Part shown: positions 19,401-26,169 of the stretch, piece by piece
Position numbering within the stretch: position 1 is the stretch's first letter
How the letters are laid out: each line of letters begins with the position of its first letter
Assembly (NCBI RefSeq): GCF_000016745.1
Contig: NC_009483.1
Location: 150,001 to 182,000 of the forward strand
Direction of reading: 5' to 3'
Length of the DNA stretch: 32,000 bases
Source of the DNA: Geotalea uraniireducens Rf4
GTDB lineage: Bacteria; Desulfobacterota; Desulfuromonadia; Geobacterales; Geobacteraceae
Made by a program: the position numbers and the translations under genes
Notes under the pieces: model-generated
The model's database searches: none
What the model was told of the DNA's origin: nothing
Seen by the model: only the letters and a program-made list of their open reading frames with translations

Positions 19401-19574
19401 GTCGTAGGTGGCCGTTCCGAATGTCCAGCCAGTGCTGCCGTTGAAGATGCCGTTGGTGACCATCTCCGCGCCCCAGGCGCTGCTTGCTGTTATCAACAGC
19501 AGCAACAGGAGTGCAAATTGCTGTCCTAACCATAACTTAGTGGATCGGACTCTTACAGCAGTTCGTTTGTTCAT
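13494..19574 (-). CDS. Giant secreted multihaem c-type cytochrome-like protein (2026 aa) with a CBM-like and FN3-like N-terminal head
   Basis: I place the start at the ATG at 19574 (MNKRTAV...), which has GAAGGAGGA upstream; the TTG at 19601 in the track lies inside that SD region. The signal peptide ends AWG/AE. By my count there are about 30 CXXCH and about 14 CX3-4CH sites (CSTFYCH, CTATYCH and similar). These match the Geobacter CxxxxCH...CXXCH motif family. Confidence 0.9.
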   Translation of the reverse strand: MNKRTAVRVRSTKLWLGQQFALLLLLLITASSAWGAEMVTNGIFNGSTGWTFGTATYDSATTRTGGSGSAKVATTRNVTTSGTVTQTVSIPAGSTINTVSLYSQLTTSSEAVGDNISVSLRYADSSTVNILSTGELTNSSWALRNAAPAVVLAQNVNQIIITLTSRGGSPVGSTASLWVDELSISYTPSVNNTIAGAMSFFGATDKQISVQVAFSGDDNNDNSCVIMYGTSPGSYPNAAPAPVKGAGLYSTTVSGLTPNTTYYFQATFSDGDGVTGSPVTGSLATNPPLSDPLLHNSINLGAKYWSASSGWGIVGGQYGEFTCATCHNRNTANVKRVVESIPATIGAAVLKPVKFNNVTAFGSDAGGHTTSARICEVCHTQTAVHKYNQTTGDLNHKSANLTDCTSCHAHGKAFGASCNTCHGYPPINATLGTDGLASPATGVLGAGEAGAHATHVNARGMTCETCHQGYTANPMGNQHIEFGFNINGGTIAGFKGTFNGGDFAVKTPYATYSGASTYAGTTVTMATGNNNTCSNLYCHGGYSGSNGSMMVPSWTSGAAAKACGACHATTQAAPPTSGNHARHTGTAAGYMGIACSDCHGTLPADNGHVNGNVVTKLNPASKLRANATYKSFANQSSAALSYGTCSVYCHSTVQTADASAVATPSVTPAWGGAPFVSCDTSACHGNPPANANHATHVNAGYDCVICHSTAGKDTAKHADYNIDVAFSGVAGSGTYSQATNTPGNGFGTCSATYCHSGAATAPSWNGATMPTDCTGCHGNEVTAATKLSGAHNAHLNNTNQGGAFKCSSCHAPTITNTDNRTITNSALHVDGMVNYSGLYAGKNRTCSTFYCHSNGKGGAPVTALPAWTSGTTLGCNGCHGTTGNTSGMPSPDAVGVNSHVKHLPTQDTAKCVYCHDTTVNSASEIITGSQHINNARNVRFSKPSTFTNNSGAYNAGARTCSTTYCHGTAASDAWGTAGPLACNKCHDSSNALPGAHVIHYNTATVATGLYGAVPGSSSQSSTAYQFACSACHGTDTNAHADMPRTAVSDATIFFGFSSAGRGASANTAYVRQATGSTDTKGFKWTNGGNANCTATYCHSNGRGSNGVSATVNWGITARDASCATCHGNATTTIAGTNPATTPNMLSGAHKSHIGNASAGGSFTCTDCHANTLTSATAIATNAYGKHVNKFVDYSGAYAGKTRTCSTFYCHSNGKGGVPVTAIPAWNSGGTLGCNGCHGTTGNTSGMPSPDAVGINSHVKHLPTQDTAKCVYCHDTTVNGTNAVIAGSTHLNKTRDVRFSKPSTFTNNSGAYNAGARTCSATYCHGSAASDAWGTAGPLACNKCHDASNALPGAHGIHYNTTTVATGLYGAAPGSSSQSTTAYQFACSACHGTDTGKHADMPMTAVSDATVFFSFSSAGRGASANSAYTRPATGSVDGKSFKWTTGNNANCTATYCHSNGRGSNGVSTTVNWGITARDASCATCHGNATTTIAGTNPATTPNMLSGAHKSHIGNASAGGGFACTDCHANTLTSATAIATNAYGKHVNKFVDYSGAYAGKNKSCSTFTCHSNGKSGAPLVSVTTTATWNSGSTLDCSGCHGSTSANLSTGNHAAHILKGATCANCHWNTTQANNTIASVAQHINRTIGVNQGSTYNTVAVNFTGTTSCSGISCHSSGKFTAQAATWGSASLGCDGCHPLANLSAAHTTHAGLLNLASQVAFYSYTANKSSGVEGTPVKYGFGCANCHPTGPTAEATYHLNGTIEVQLDAASGGTYAGSLRKLNTGSAVYNSGSDKSCDLVYCHSDGKNAMVSGLNGHAPAWTTTFATLGGDRCAKCHGNSPQTAAHDAHQVGLHYNNVFNGTSGKLAAAASGNSSHGVPGQSTTITCNTCHYKTMTVSGNDQNALCNTCHTKGVNGALVKGNARIADFTFHVNGKKEIAFPTTPLKVISKAQLRTGSFSNYSGLWSRNGSNYKTGTTAFDTAKVALSDSMYNAGTATCSNISCHNLRAGQTVVWTDTTITCTSCHTKL
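14907..17054. repeat. Tandem in-frame duplication, 2 x 1074 bp (358 aa each), inside the giant cytochrome gene
   Basis: The anchor string cttgccggcata recurs at 14901, 15975 and 17049, a period of exactly 1074. Segment 14901-15240 versus 15975-16314 differs at 18 of 340 positions by my hand alignment. The remainder is roughly 80-85% identical by eye, and more diverged homologous sequence extends past both ends. Confidence 0.85.
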
Positions 19575-19752
19575 GTACTTTCCTCCTTCTTTAGAATTCA
19601 ACCGTTTTCGTTTCTACGTTAAATCGCATGAAAAACTATAATGAATAGTTAATGCGCCAGACTTTTGTTGAATTAATGGCGACTAATCGTGTAAGTAGCT
19701 GCTTCCATGAGGGAATATAGGCATTTGTGAATATATAAAGATAAATTGTTAT

Positions 19753-19768
19753 AGCACTATTGGTGCCA
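19753..19768 (-). promoter_or_regulatory. Sigma-54 (-24/-12) promoter candidate for the giant cytochrome gene
   Basis: The minus strand reads TGGCACC-AATA-GTGCT. The GG-N10-GC spacing is exact, the -24 TGGCAC is perfect, and the -12 GTGCT is the same as at 9363-9378. It is embedded in very AT-rich DNA about 180 nt upstream of the ATG. Confidence 0.65.
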
Positions 19769-19802
19769 ACATTTTTTAATTAATAATATTAATTTGTAAA
19801 AA

Positions 19803-19841
19803 CAAAAAAAGAAAGGGCTGCTTGGAGAAAAGCAGCCCTTT
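19803..19841 (-). terminator. Rho-independent terminator of glmS
   Basis: A 12-bp stem AAAGGGCTGCTT/AAGCAGCCCTTT has the loop GGAGAA. On the minus strand it is followed by CTTTTTTTGTT. It starts about 58 nt after the glmS stop. Confidence 0.75.
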
Positions 19842-19898
19842 GGACATGGAGATAGCGTGATGAAAGGAGGAGAAACAGGGGGGACGTTCTGATTGTCT

Positions 19899-21728
19899 TT
19901 ATTCCACGGTCACGCTTTTTGCCAGGTTCCGCGGTTGATCGACGTCTGTCCCTTTCAGCACCGCCACATGGTAGGCGAGGAGCTGGAGCGGCACAGAGAG
20001 GAGAATGGGGGCCAGATCGTCGCTGTCCCTGGGAATTTCCACTGTGACCTCGGCCTTCCCCCGGATGTCCTCGTCGCCGGCGGAGCAGACGGCGATGACC
20101 CTTCCGCCGCGGGCAATGACTTCTTCCATGTTTGAGGCCACTTTTTCGTAGTTGCTGTTGCGGGGCACCAGGATCACTACCGGCATGTGCTCGTCGATGA
20201 GGGCGATGGGGCCATGCTTCATCTCTCCTGCCGGGTAGCCTTCGGCATGGATATAGGATATCTCCTTCAGCTTCAGCGCCCCTTCCAGGGCAATGGGATA
20301 GTTGATGCCGCGTCCCAGATAGAGAAAATCCCTTGCATTCATGTATTTGCGGGCGATGGTCTCGACCTGCGGGTTCAGCTCCAGCGACTTTTCCAGGAGT
20401 GAAGGTATCCGCACCAGGGAGGCGATCATTGCTTGCCCCTTCGCCTTGTCTATGGTGGCGATGGTACGACCGAGCTTGATCGTGAAGAGGTAGAGCGCCA
20501 CCAACTGGGTGACGAACGCCTTGGTGGAGGCAACCCCTATTTCCGGTCCTGCATGGGTGTAGATGACGCCGTCGGCTTCCCTGGCGATGGATGAGTCCAC
20601 CACATTGCAGATGGCGATGTTTTTCCCGCCCCGCGCCTTTCCCTCACGCATGGCCGCCAGGGTATCGGCGGTCTCGCCCGACTGGGAGATGAGGATAATA
20701 AGCGTTTTGTCGTTGACCACCGGGTTGCGGTAGCGGAATTCCGAGGCGATATCCACTTCAACCGGGATCCGGCAGTGGTCCTCGATGAGGAATTTCCCCA
20801 CCAGCCCCGCATGCCAGGAGGTGCCGCAGGCGATGATGTAAATCCTCTCGACCGCCTTCAGTTCGTGGTCTCCCAGGGAGAGGTCTTCCAGATAGACGGC
20901 CCCTTCTTCCTCCACCAGCCTGCCGGCGATGGTGTCGCTGATGGCGCGGGGCTGCTCAAATATCTCCTTGAGCATGAAGTGTTTGTACCCCCCCTTTTCG
21001 GCCAAAAGCGGCGACCAGTCGATGTAGCGGGGCGTTTTGACCAGCGGTGCGCCGGCAACGGTAGAGAAGACCGCCCGGCCGTCTCGAAAGACAGCCATTT
21101 CGCCGTCCTCCATAAAAATCATGTTGCGGGTATGGGAGAGGATTGCGGGAATGTCTGAGGCAACGAAATACTCGCCGTCACCCAGGCCGATTACCATCGG
21201 GGAACCCTGCTTTGCCGCGATCAAGGTGCCGGGTTCGTTTTCGCAGAGAATGCAAACCGCATAGGCGCCGCGCAGTTCGCCGAGGGCAAGGCGCACGGCC
21301 TGTTCAAAGTTGCCGGTTTCGCGCAGTTGCTTTTCCGTGAGGTGGGCGATGACCTCAGTATCGGTCTCGCTCTTGAAGGTGTGCCCGCTTGCCCTGAGTT
21401 CTTCCCGAAGTTGCAGGTAATTTTCGATAATGCCGTTGTGGACGACCACCACCGGGCCAGCCTGATGGGGGTGGGCATTGATCTCGGAAGGTTTGCCGTG
21501 GGTAGCCCAGCGGGTATGGCCGATGCCGATTGTGCCGACGATCGGTTCTTTTACCAGGAGTCTCTCCAGGTTGATCAGTTTGCCTTCGCTACGCCTGGTT
21601 TCTGCCTGGCCGTCGTGAATGGTGCAGATCCCGGCCGAATCGTAGCCCCGGTACTCCAGTTTTTTCAGTCCGTCAAGAATGATGGACGTTGCTTCCTGCT
21701 TGCCTGTATAGCCAACTATTCCGCACAT
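19899..21728 (-). CDS. glmS: Glutamine--fructose-6-phosphate aminotransferase (isomerizing)
   Basis: 609-aa ORF with the N-terminal nucleophile MCGIVGY, SIS-domain motifs and the canonical C-terminus ...LAKSVTVE. Confidence 0.95.
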   Translation of the reverse strand: MCGIVGYTGKQEATSIILDGLKKLEYRGYDSAGICTIHDGQAETRRSEGKLINLERLLVKEPIVGTIGIGHTRWATHGKPSEINAHPHQAGPVVVVHNGIIENYLQLREELRASGHTFKSETDTEVIAHLTEKQLRETGNFEQAVRLALGELRGAYAVCILCENEPGTLIAAKQGSPMVIGLGDGEYFVASDIPAILSHTRNMIFMEDGEMAVFRDGRAVFSTVAGAPLVKTPRYIDWSPLLAEKGGYKHFMLKEIFEQPRAISDTIAGRLVEEEGAVYLEDLSLGDHELKAVERIYIIACGTSWHAGLVGKFLIEDHCRIPVEVDIASEFRYRNPVVNDKTLIILISQSGETADTLAAMREGKARGGKNIAICNVVDSSIAREADGVIYTHAGPEIGVASTKAFVTQLVALYLFTIKLGRTIATIDKAKGQAMIASLVRIPSLLEKSLELNPQVETIARKYMNARDFLYLGRGINYPIALEGALKLKEISYIHAEGYPAGEMKHGPIALIDEHMPVVILVPRNSNYEKVASNMEEVIARGGRVIAVCSAGDEDIRGKAEVTVEIPRDSDDLAPILLSVPLQLLAYHVAVLKGTDVDQPRNLAKSVTVE

Positions 21729-21729
21729 T

Positions 21730-21783
21730 TCGAACTCCGTTCGAGGTTCTATGTTCTAAGTTCTACGTTAAGAAACTTAGAAC
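21730..21783 (-). promoter_or_regulatory. Structured glmU-glmS intergenic spacer (two hairpins, one embedding the glmS SD)
   Basis: On the mRNA strand UCGAAC-GGA-GUUCGA (21744-21730) ends 1 nt before the AUG, and the only SD-like GGAG spans its loop and 3' arm. Upstream is a 10-bp stem GTTCTAAGTT/AACTTAGAAC (21753-21762 with 21774-21783). GTTCTA occurs three times at 7-nt period. Confidence 0.35.
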
Positions 21784-21793
21784 GCAGAACTGT

Positions 21794-23167
21794 TTATTTT
21801 TTCTTCAGTTTCCATCCTTCCTTGTTCACCTGGGGAGCCCTGGCGATGGCCAGCGAATCGGGCGGGACGTCCCTGGTTACCGTCGTGCCTGCGGCTATCA
21901 GTGAGTTGCGGCCGATGGTAACCGGGGCCACGAATTGAACGTCGCTTCCGACGAAGACGTCGTCTCCGATCACCGTCCGGTGCTTTTTGACGCCATCGTA
22001 GTTGCAGGTTATGGTACCGCAGCCGATGTTGACGTTTGTACCGATGGCGGCATCCCCCAGGTAGGTGAGGTGGGAGGCTTTTGACCCTTCACCCATGACG
22101 ATTTTCTTGGTCTCGACAAAATTGCCGATTTTCACATGCTCTTTCAGCTCTGTTCCTGGCCGCAGATGGGCCATCGGGCCGATGGCGACATCATCATGGA
22201 TAACGGCGTCCATCATAACGGAGCCGGCCTTGATGGTTACGCCGTTGCCGATTTTGCATCCCTTGATGACCACGGAAGGCTCTATCAGGCAATTATTGCC
22301 GATTTCAGTGTCGCCTGAAATATGAACGTTCGGGTGGATGGTGGTGTCTTTTCCTATGCGCACACCCCGGTCGATGTAGGTTGTCTGCGGGTCGATAAGG
22401 GTTGTGCCGTCGAGCATCAAAGCCTTGTTGATCCTCCCGCGCAGCAGTTGTCCAGCTTCGGCCAGCTGGGCACGGTCGTTGATCCCCATGACTTCGGCGG
22501 GGTCAGCCACCGGAAACGCCTGACACAAAAGCCCCAGGTTCGCAGCTTCCTTGATTATGTCGGTCAGGTAGTATTCACGCTGGGCATTGTCGTTTTTCAG
22601 GTTTGGTATGGCAACGGTCAGAAAATCCGACTCCACGCAGTAAATTCCGGAGTTGATCTCTGTGATCCGCCGTTCGGCATCAGTGGCGTCCTTTTCTTCG
22701 ACAATACGCTTGATGAAGCCGTCGCCGTCCTTGACGATCCGTCCGTAGCCGTTCGGTTGCGCAAAGTCGGCGGTCAGGACGGTTATGACTGCATGGCGGC
22801 TGCGATGTTGCTTCACCATGGCCTTGAGCGTAGCGGTGCTGATCAGCGGCACATCGCCGCAAAGGATGAGCACCATGCCGCTGAAGCCGAGCAGGGCAGG
22901 CAGTGCGCAGGCGACTGCATGGCCGGTTCCCAGTTGCTCCTCCTGGACGGCGAATCGAACATCCGATTGGCCTTCAAAGAAGTCCTGCACCTTTTCCGAC
23001 TGATGCCCGGTCACGAGCACAATGTTGGACGCGCCTGCTTCACGGGCGGTGTTAACCGGCCAGGAAACCATGGGCAGTCCACCCAGTGGATGCATGACTT
23101 TAACTATATTCGACTTCATCCTGGTTCCTTTGCCGGCTGCCAGGATAACTGCAGCAAGGTTGTTCAT
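21794..23167 (-). CDS. glmU: Bifunctional UDP-N-acetylglucosamine diphosphorylase / glucosamine-1-phosphate N-acetyltransferase
   Basis: 457-aa ORF with the N-terminal nucleotidyltransferase motif LAAGKGTRM. The C-terminal half is made of hexapeptide (left-handed beta-helix) repeats. It lies directly upstream of glmS. Confidence 0.93.
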   Translation of the reverse strand: MNNLAAVILAAGKGTRMKSNIVKVMHPLGGLPMVSWPVNTAREAGASNIVLVTGHQSEKVQDFFEGQSDVRFAVQEEQLGTGHAVACALPALLGFSGMVLILCGDVPLISTATLKAMVKQHRSRHAVITVLTADFAQPNGYGRIVKDGDGFIKRIVEEKDATDAERRITEINSGIYCVESDFLTVAIPNLKNDNAQREYYLTDIIKEAANLGLLCQAFPVADPAEVMGINDRAQLAEAGQLLRGRINKALMLDGTTLIDPQTTYIDRGVRIGKDTTIHPNVHISGDTEIGNNCLIEPSVVIKGCKIGNGVTIKAGSVMMDAVIHDDVAIGPMAHLRPGTELKEHVKIGNFVETKKIVMGEGSKASHLTYLGDAAIGTNVNIGCGTITCNYDGVKKHRTVIGDDVFVGSDVQFVAPVTIGRNSLIAAGTTVTRDVPPDSLAIARAPQVNKEGWKLKKK

Positions 23168-23373
23168 TCAAGCCCCCTGATGATTGCTGAACACGCGAAA
23201 ATTTCTACATTTTTAACAATAACTCGTCGCCACGTCAAGAAATTAACAATGATTCAGAACCCGCTGGCGGTCGTGAGCGGTGCGGGACTGCAAACACATC
23301 CCCCGAGTCCGCATCTGCCAGGTTTTACCTTTACTTATCAATACGTTCCGGTTATAGTTTTGGCGGAGGGCAC

Positions 23374-23928
23374 ATGGGATTACCTGAAGACATATCTCTG
23401 TTTGAGCAAAGCCTGCATGACCTGATTACCAAATATGAACAGTACTTTCTCGGGTTGGAAAAACGTGAACCTTTAAAGCTTCTCGATGAGGTTGAAAGGT
23501 CGGCCCGGAAATACATGAATGTCAACATCGTCAACACCATGCTCAAATTCAAGTATAATTCACTCGTGGCATCCTTCAGTACCCATAAGCAGAAATGGAG
23601 CAGGATCAACCGGCTCATCGAGGATGGCAAGTATTCTCGGGATCGCTTTAAAATGGCGATGCACCTCGATAAAGGACCAGCAAAGCATTCTGCCCAGGAA
23701 GCGGCCGACAGCCTGGACGTCGAAATAGTCTATCAGCAGTACATAGAAGCACGCAAAGCCTGCAATCTGCCGATAAAGAACGTCACCCCCGAGATGATTG
23801 CTTCCGCCATCAACAAGCAAAAACCGGCCATATCAACCAAGTACAACTGTGACAGGGTCGAATTCAGGGTGGTTATCGAAGAAGGCAAGCCAAAGATAAA
23901 AGCCCGCCCCAAATCGTCGAAAGTGTAG
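23374..23928 (+). CDS. Hypothetical cytoplasmic protein (charged, helical; no family I can name from sequence)
   Basis: 184-aa ORF with GGAGG 6 nt upstream of the ATG and no signal peptide. It ends 36 nt before the radical-SAM gene, suggesting co-transcription. Confidence 0.6.
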   Translation: MGLPEDISLFEQSLHDLITKYEQYFLGLEKREPLKLLDEVERSARKYMNVNIVNTMLKFKYNSLVASFSTHKQKWSRINRLIEDGKYSRDRFKMAMHLDKGPAKHSAQEAADSLDVEIVYQQYIEARKACNLPIKNVTPEMIASAINKQKPAISTKYNCDRVEFRVVIEEGKPKIKARPKSSKV

Positions 23929-23964
23929 ATCGCTCTCTCTTTTGCCAGTAACCTGGAGAATCCT

Positions 23965-25842
23965 TTGCGTGTAGTCCTCGCCGCCGTACATACCCGCCCG
24001 TCCCCCCAAGCTGTCCCTTTGGCCAACGCCTTCCTCAAGGCATACCTGTATGCCGGTGAAGAACTTTCAGCCGGTATCCCGGTCTCGCTCGTCGATTTTT
24101 ATCTCGACTGGTCGGCGGAAGAGTGCGCGGCCGCCATACTCACTGAAAATCCCGATGCGGTAGGTTTGTCCATGTATGTCTGGAACAGGAGCCTCTGTCT
24201 GGAGATAGCAGCAGTCTTGCGCAGCCGCAGACCGGAGCTGGCCATATTTGTCGGAGGGCCTGAGGCGACAGCTGATGCGGCAGGGGTACTCAGCGACTCT
24301 TGCCTGGATTTCGTCATCACCGGGGAAGGGGAAGTGACGTTCCGCGAAGTGATGGCTCGGCTGAACGCCGGAACTTCGCTGGTCGGTACCGAGGGCGTCG
24401 CTTCATACACGGCTGGTGCCTTTGAGCATATTCCCCGCAAACCGGTGGAGCTGTTGGACACGCTGCCTTCTCCCTATCTCGGCGGATTATTGGCCCTGAA
24501 CGACCAGTGCGGCGTTCTCTGGCAGCTTTCGCGAGGGTGTGATTTTGCCTGTGATTTCTGCTTCGACCACAAGGGGGGAGCGGGTGTGCGTCGTTTCTCC
24601 CTTGAGCGGATCGCGGAGGAGCTGAAGCTATTTGCCAGGAGCAGGGTTACCCAGGTCGTTGTCCTCGATTCCACTTTCAACCAGGACATGAAAAGGGCGA
24701 AGGAAATCTTGCGGCTGATTAAAAGAATTGCGCCCCACATCCATTTTCATTTCGAGGTGCGAAGCGAATTTATCGACCAGGAACTGGCGCGACTCTTCGC
24801 GCAGATAACCTGCTCGCTCCAGATAGGATTGCAAAGTGCGGACCCGCTTATCCAGCGAAAAGTGGGCAGAATCTTCAATCCTGCGGATTTTTTAGATAAA
24901 GTTGCCCTGTTAAATGATGCCGGCGCTGTGTTTGGCTTTGATCTGATCTACGGCCTTCCCGGAGACACACTCAAGGGTTTTGCCGCCAGCCTCGATTTTG
25001 CGCTACAGCTTTATCCGAACCATCTGGACATCTTTCCTTTGGCAGTGCTCCCCGGCACGAGGCTTTTCTGCAGGGCGAGCGATTTCGGCCTCCGTTATCT
25101 GCATGTGCCGCCCTATACCGTGCTTTGCTCGCCGACTTTTTCAAAAGAGGAGATGCTTGTTGCCAAGGGGCTTGCCGCTGCCTGCGACATTTTTTACAGC
25201 CGGGGAAAGGCGGTTGTCTGGTTCAATTCGGTTCTGGCCCCCCTTAAGATGCGACCCGCGGCTTTTCTTGACGAGTTCCGATTGTGGCTGGCGGGGAAGG
25301 AGGGGGCGGGAATATCCGAGGAGCAGCTTTCCGATGCCCGGATCTGGCAAATGCAACGGGATTTCCTGCAGGATATTTTTGCTGAAAAGAAAAAAATCAA
25401 ACTGCTGCCCGCGGTTCTTGACCTGGTTGACTATCATTATTACTACGCCGTTGCCCTTCTTTCGCCGGCGCCGGAACTACCCACTGATCGAGACCTGGAG
25501 CAGATGAATCTGCTCGATGAGCCGCTCGTGTTATCACAGTCAGCCAGAATCGCACGGTTTAATTATGAAATATACGATATATTGGCATCGGGTGACATCG
25601 ACCTGCGGGAATTTACCGACTGTTTTGTTGCCGGCGGTTCATTTGCCGTTATCTATCCGCGAGGAGACGAAGTATTCACGGAATCCCTCATTGAACCCTA
25701 CTATCGATTACTCATCGGTTTAACCAAGATGCTTTCCGCCAGGGAGATCTGTGCAGGAATCGGTCTCCCTGGCGAGGAGGCGACATCATTCCTGGAATTT
25801 GCCGTCTCAGAAGGCATTGTTGTTTCCGCCGGCAAAACCTGA
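23965..25842 (+). CDS. B12-binding-domain radical SAM protein with a ~200-aa C-terminal extension of unknown function
   Basis: 625-aa ORF with a TTG start and GGAGAA upstream. It has an N-terminal cobalamin-binding-type domain (VGLSMYVWN..., FVGGPEAT) and the radical SAM cluster motif CDFACDFC (CX3CX2C). The N-terminal pattern resembles the DUF4080-type subgroup, but that is recollection only. Confidence 0.8.
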   Translation: MRVVLAAVHTRPSPQAVPLANAFLKAYLYAGEELSAGIPVSLVDFYLDWSAEECAAAILTENPDAVGLSMYVWNRSLCLEIAAVLRSRRPELAIFVGGPEATADAAGVLSDSCLDFVITGEGEVTFREVMARLNAGTSLVGTEGVASYTAGAFEHIPRKPVELLDTLPSPYLGGLLALNDQCGVLWQLSRGCDFACDFCFDHKGGAGVRRFSLERIAEELKLFARSRVTQVVVLDSTFNQDMKRAKEILRLIKRIAPHIHFHFEVRSEFIDQELARLFAQITCSLQIGLQSADPLIQRKVGRIFNPADFLDKVALLNDAGAVFGFDLIYGLPGDTLKGFAASLDFALQLYPNHLDIFPLAVLPGTRLFCRASDFGLRYLHVPPYTVLCSPTFSKEEMLVAKGLAAACDIFYSRGKAVVWFNSVLAPLKMRPAAFLDEFRLWLAGKEGAGISEEQLSDARIWQMQRDFLQDIFAEKKKIKLLPAVLDLVDYHYYYAVALLSPAPELPTDRDLEQMNLLDEPLVLSQSARIARFNYEIYDILASGDIDLREFTDCFVAGGSFAVIYPRGDEVFTESLIEPYYRLLIGLTKMLSAREICAGIGLPGEEATSFLEFAVSEGIVVSAGKT

Positions 25843-25999
25843 AAAGTTTCAATCCATTTCACCGGCAGCGAAGCCCTACCTGAATAGGTATCAGCCTGAA
25901 AATAAATAAAGCATGGTGTATACATTTTATATACATTTTTATTGCTTTTTATCCCTCCCCATATTACTATTTCTCCTATTTGCGCGTACTCATTTGATT

Positions 26000-26029
26000 T
26001 TGTTCAAAAAATAAATACTGTTTTATAAT
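26000..26029 (+). promoter_or_regulatory. Sigma-70-like promoter candidate for the CbcL-like gene
   Basis: TTGTTC-N18-TATAAT lies in AT-rich DNA about 140 nt upstream of the ATG. AT-rich context makes chance matches likely. Confidence 0.3.
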
Positions 26030-26169
26030 TATGAACACCTAAAACCTGCTGATTTAATTATTAAAACTGACAATTCTGGTAATTAGCCCCGATCTTGTAA
26101 ACATTAGTTTATCGATTGTAATACTGCGTTTTGTAAACGCTTATTTTCTTTATACCAGGAGGTTGTTTC

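Noticed and set aside
19575-19601. A 9-codon N-terminal extension of the giant cytochrome ORF (MNSKEGGKY from a TTG), and the comparable 23-codon extension of livH (7903..7971).
   Set aside because: The extension's own codons spell the Shine-Dalgarno (GAAGGAGGA) for the downstream ATG at 19574. For livH, the ATG at 7902 has GGAGGA upstream and starts the hydrophobic domain.
19575-19752. A GEMM-I/GEMM-Ib (c-di-GMP or cGAMP) riboswitch in the leader of the giant cytochrome gene, and likewise in the cbcL-like leader (26030-26169).
   Set aside because: Both leaders are very AT-rich. They lack the paired GC-rich P1/P2 stems with a GNRA tetraloop and receptor and the conserved ACGCAAAGC-type core. 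An Infernal scan would be the definitive check.
21729-21793. A glmS ribozyme upstream of glmS.
   Set aside because: The spacer is only 65 nt and the ribozyme core needs well over 100 nt. None of its conserved core sequence is evident.
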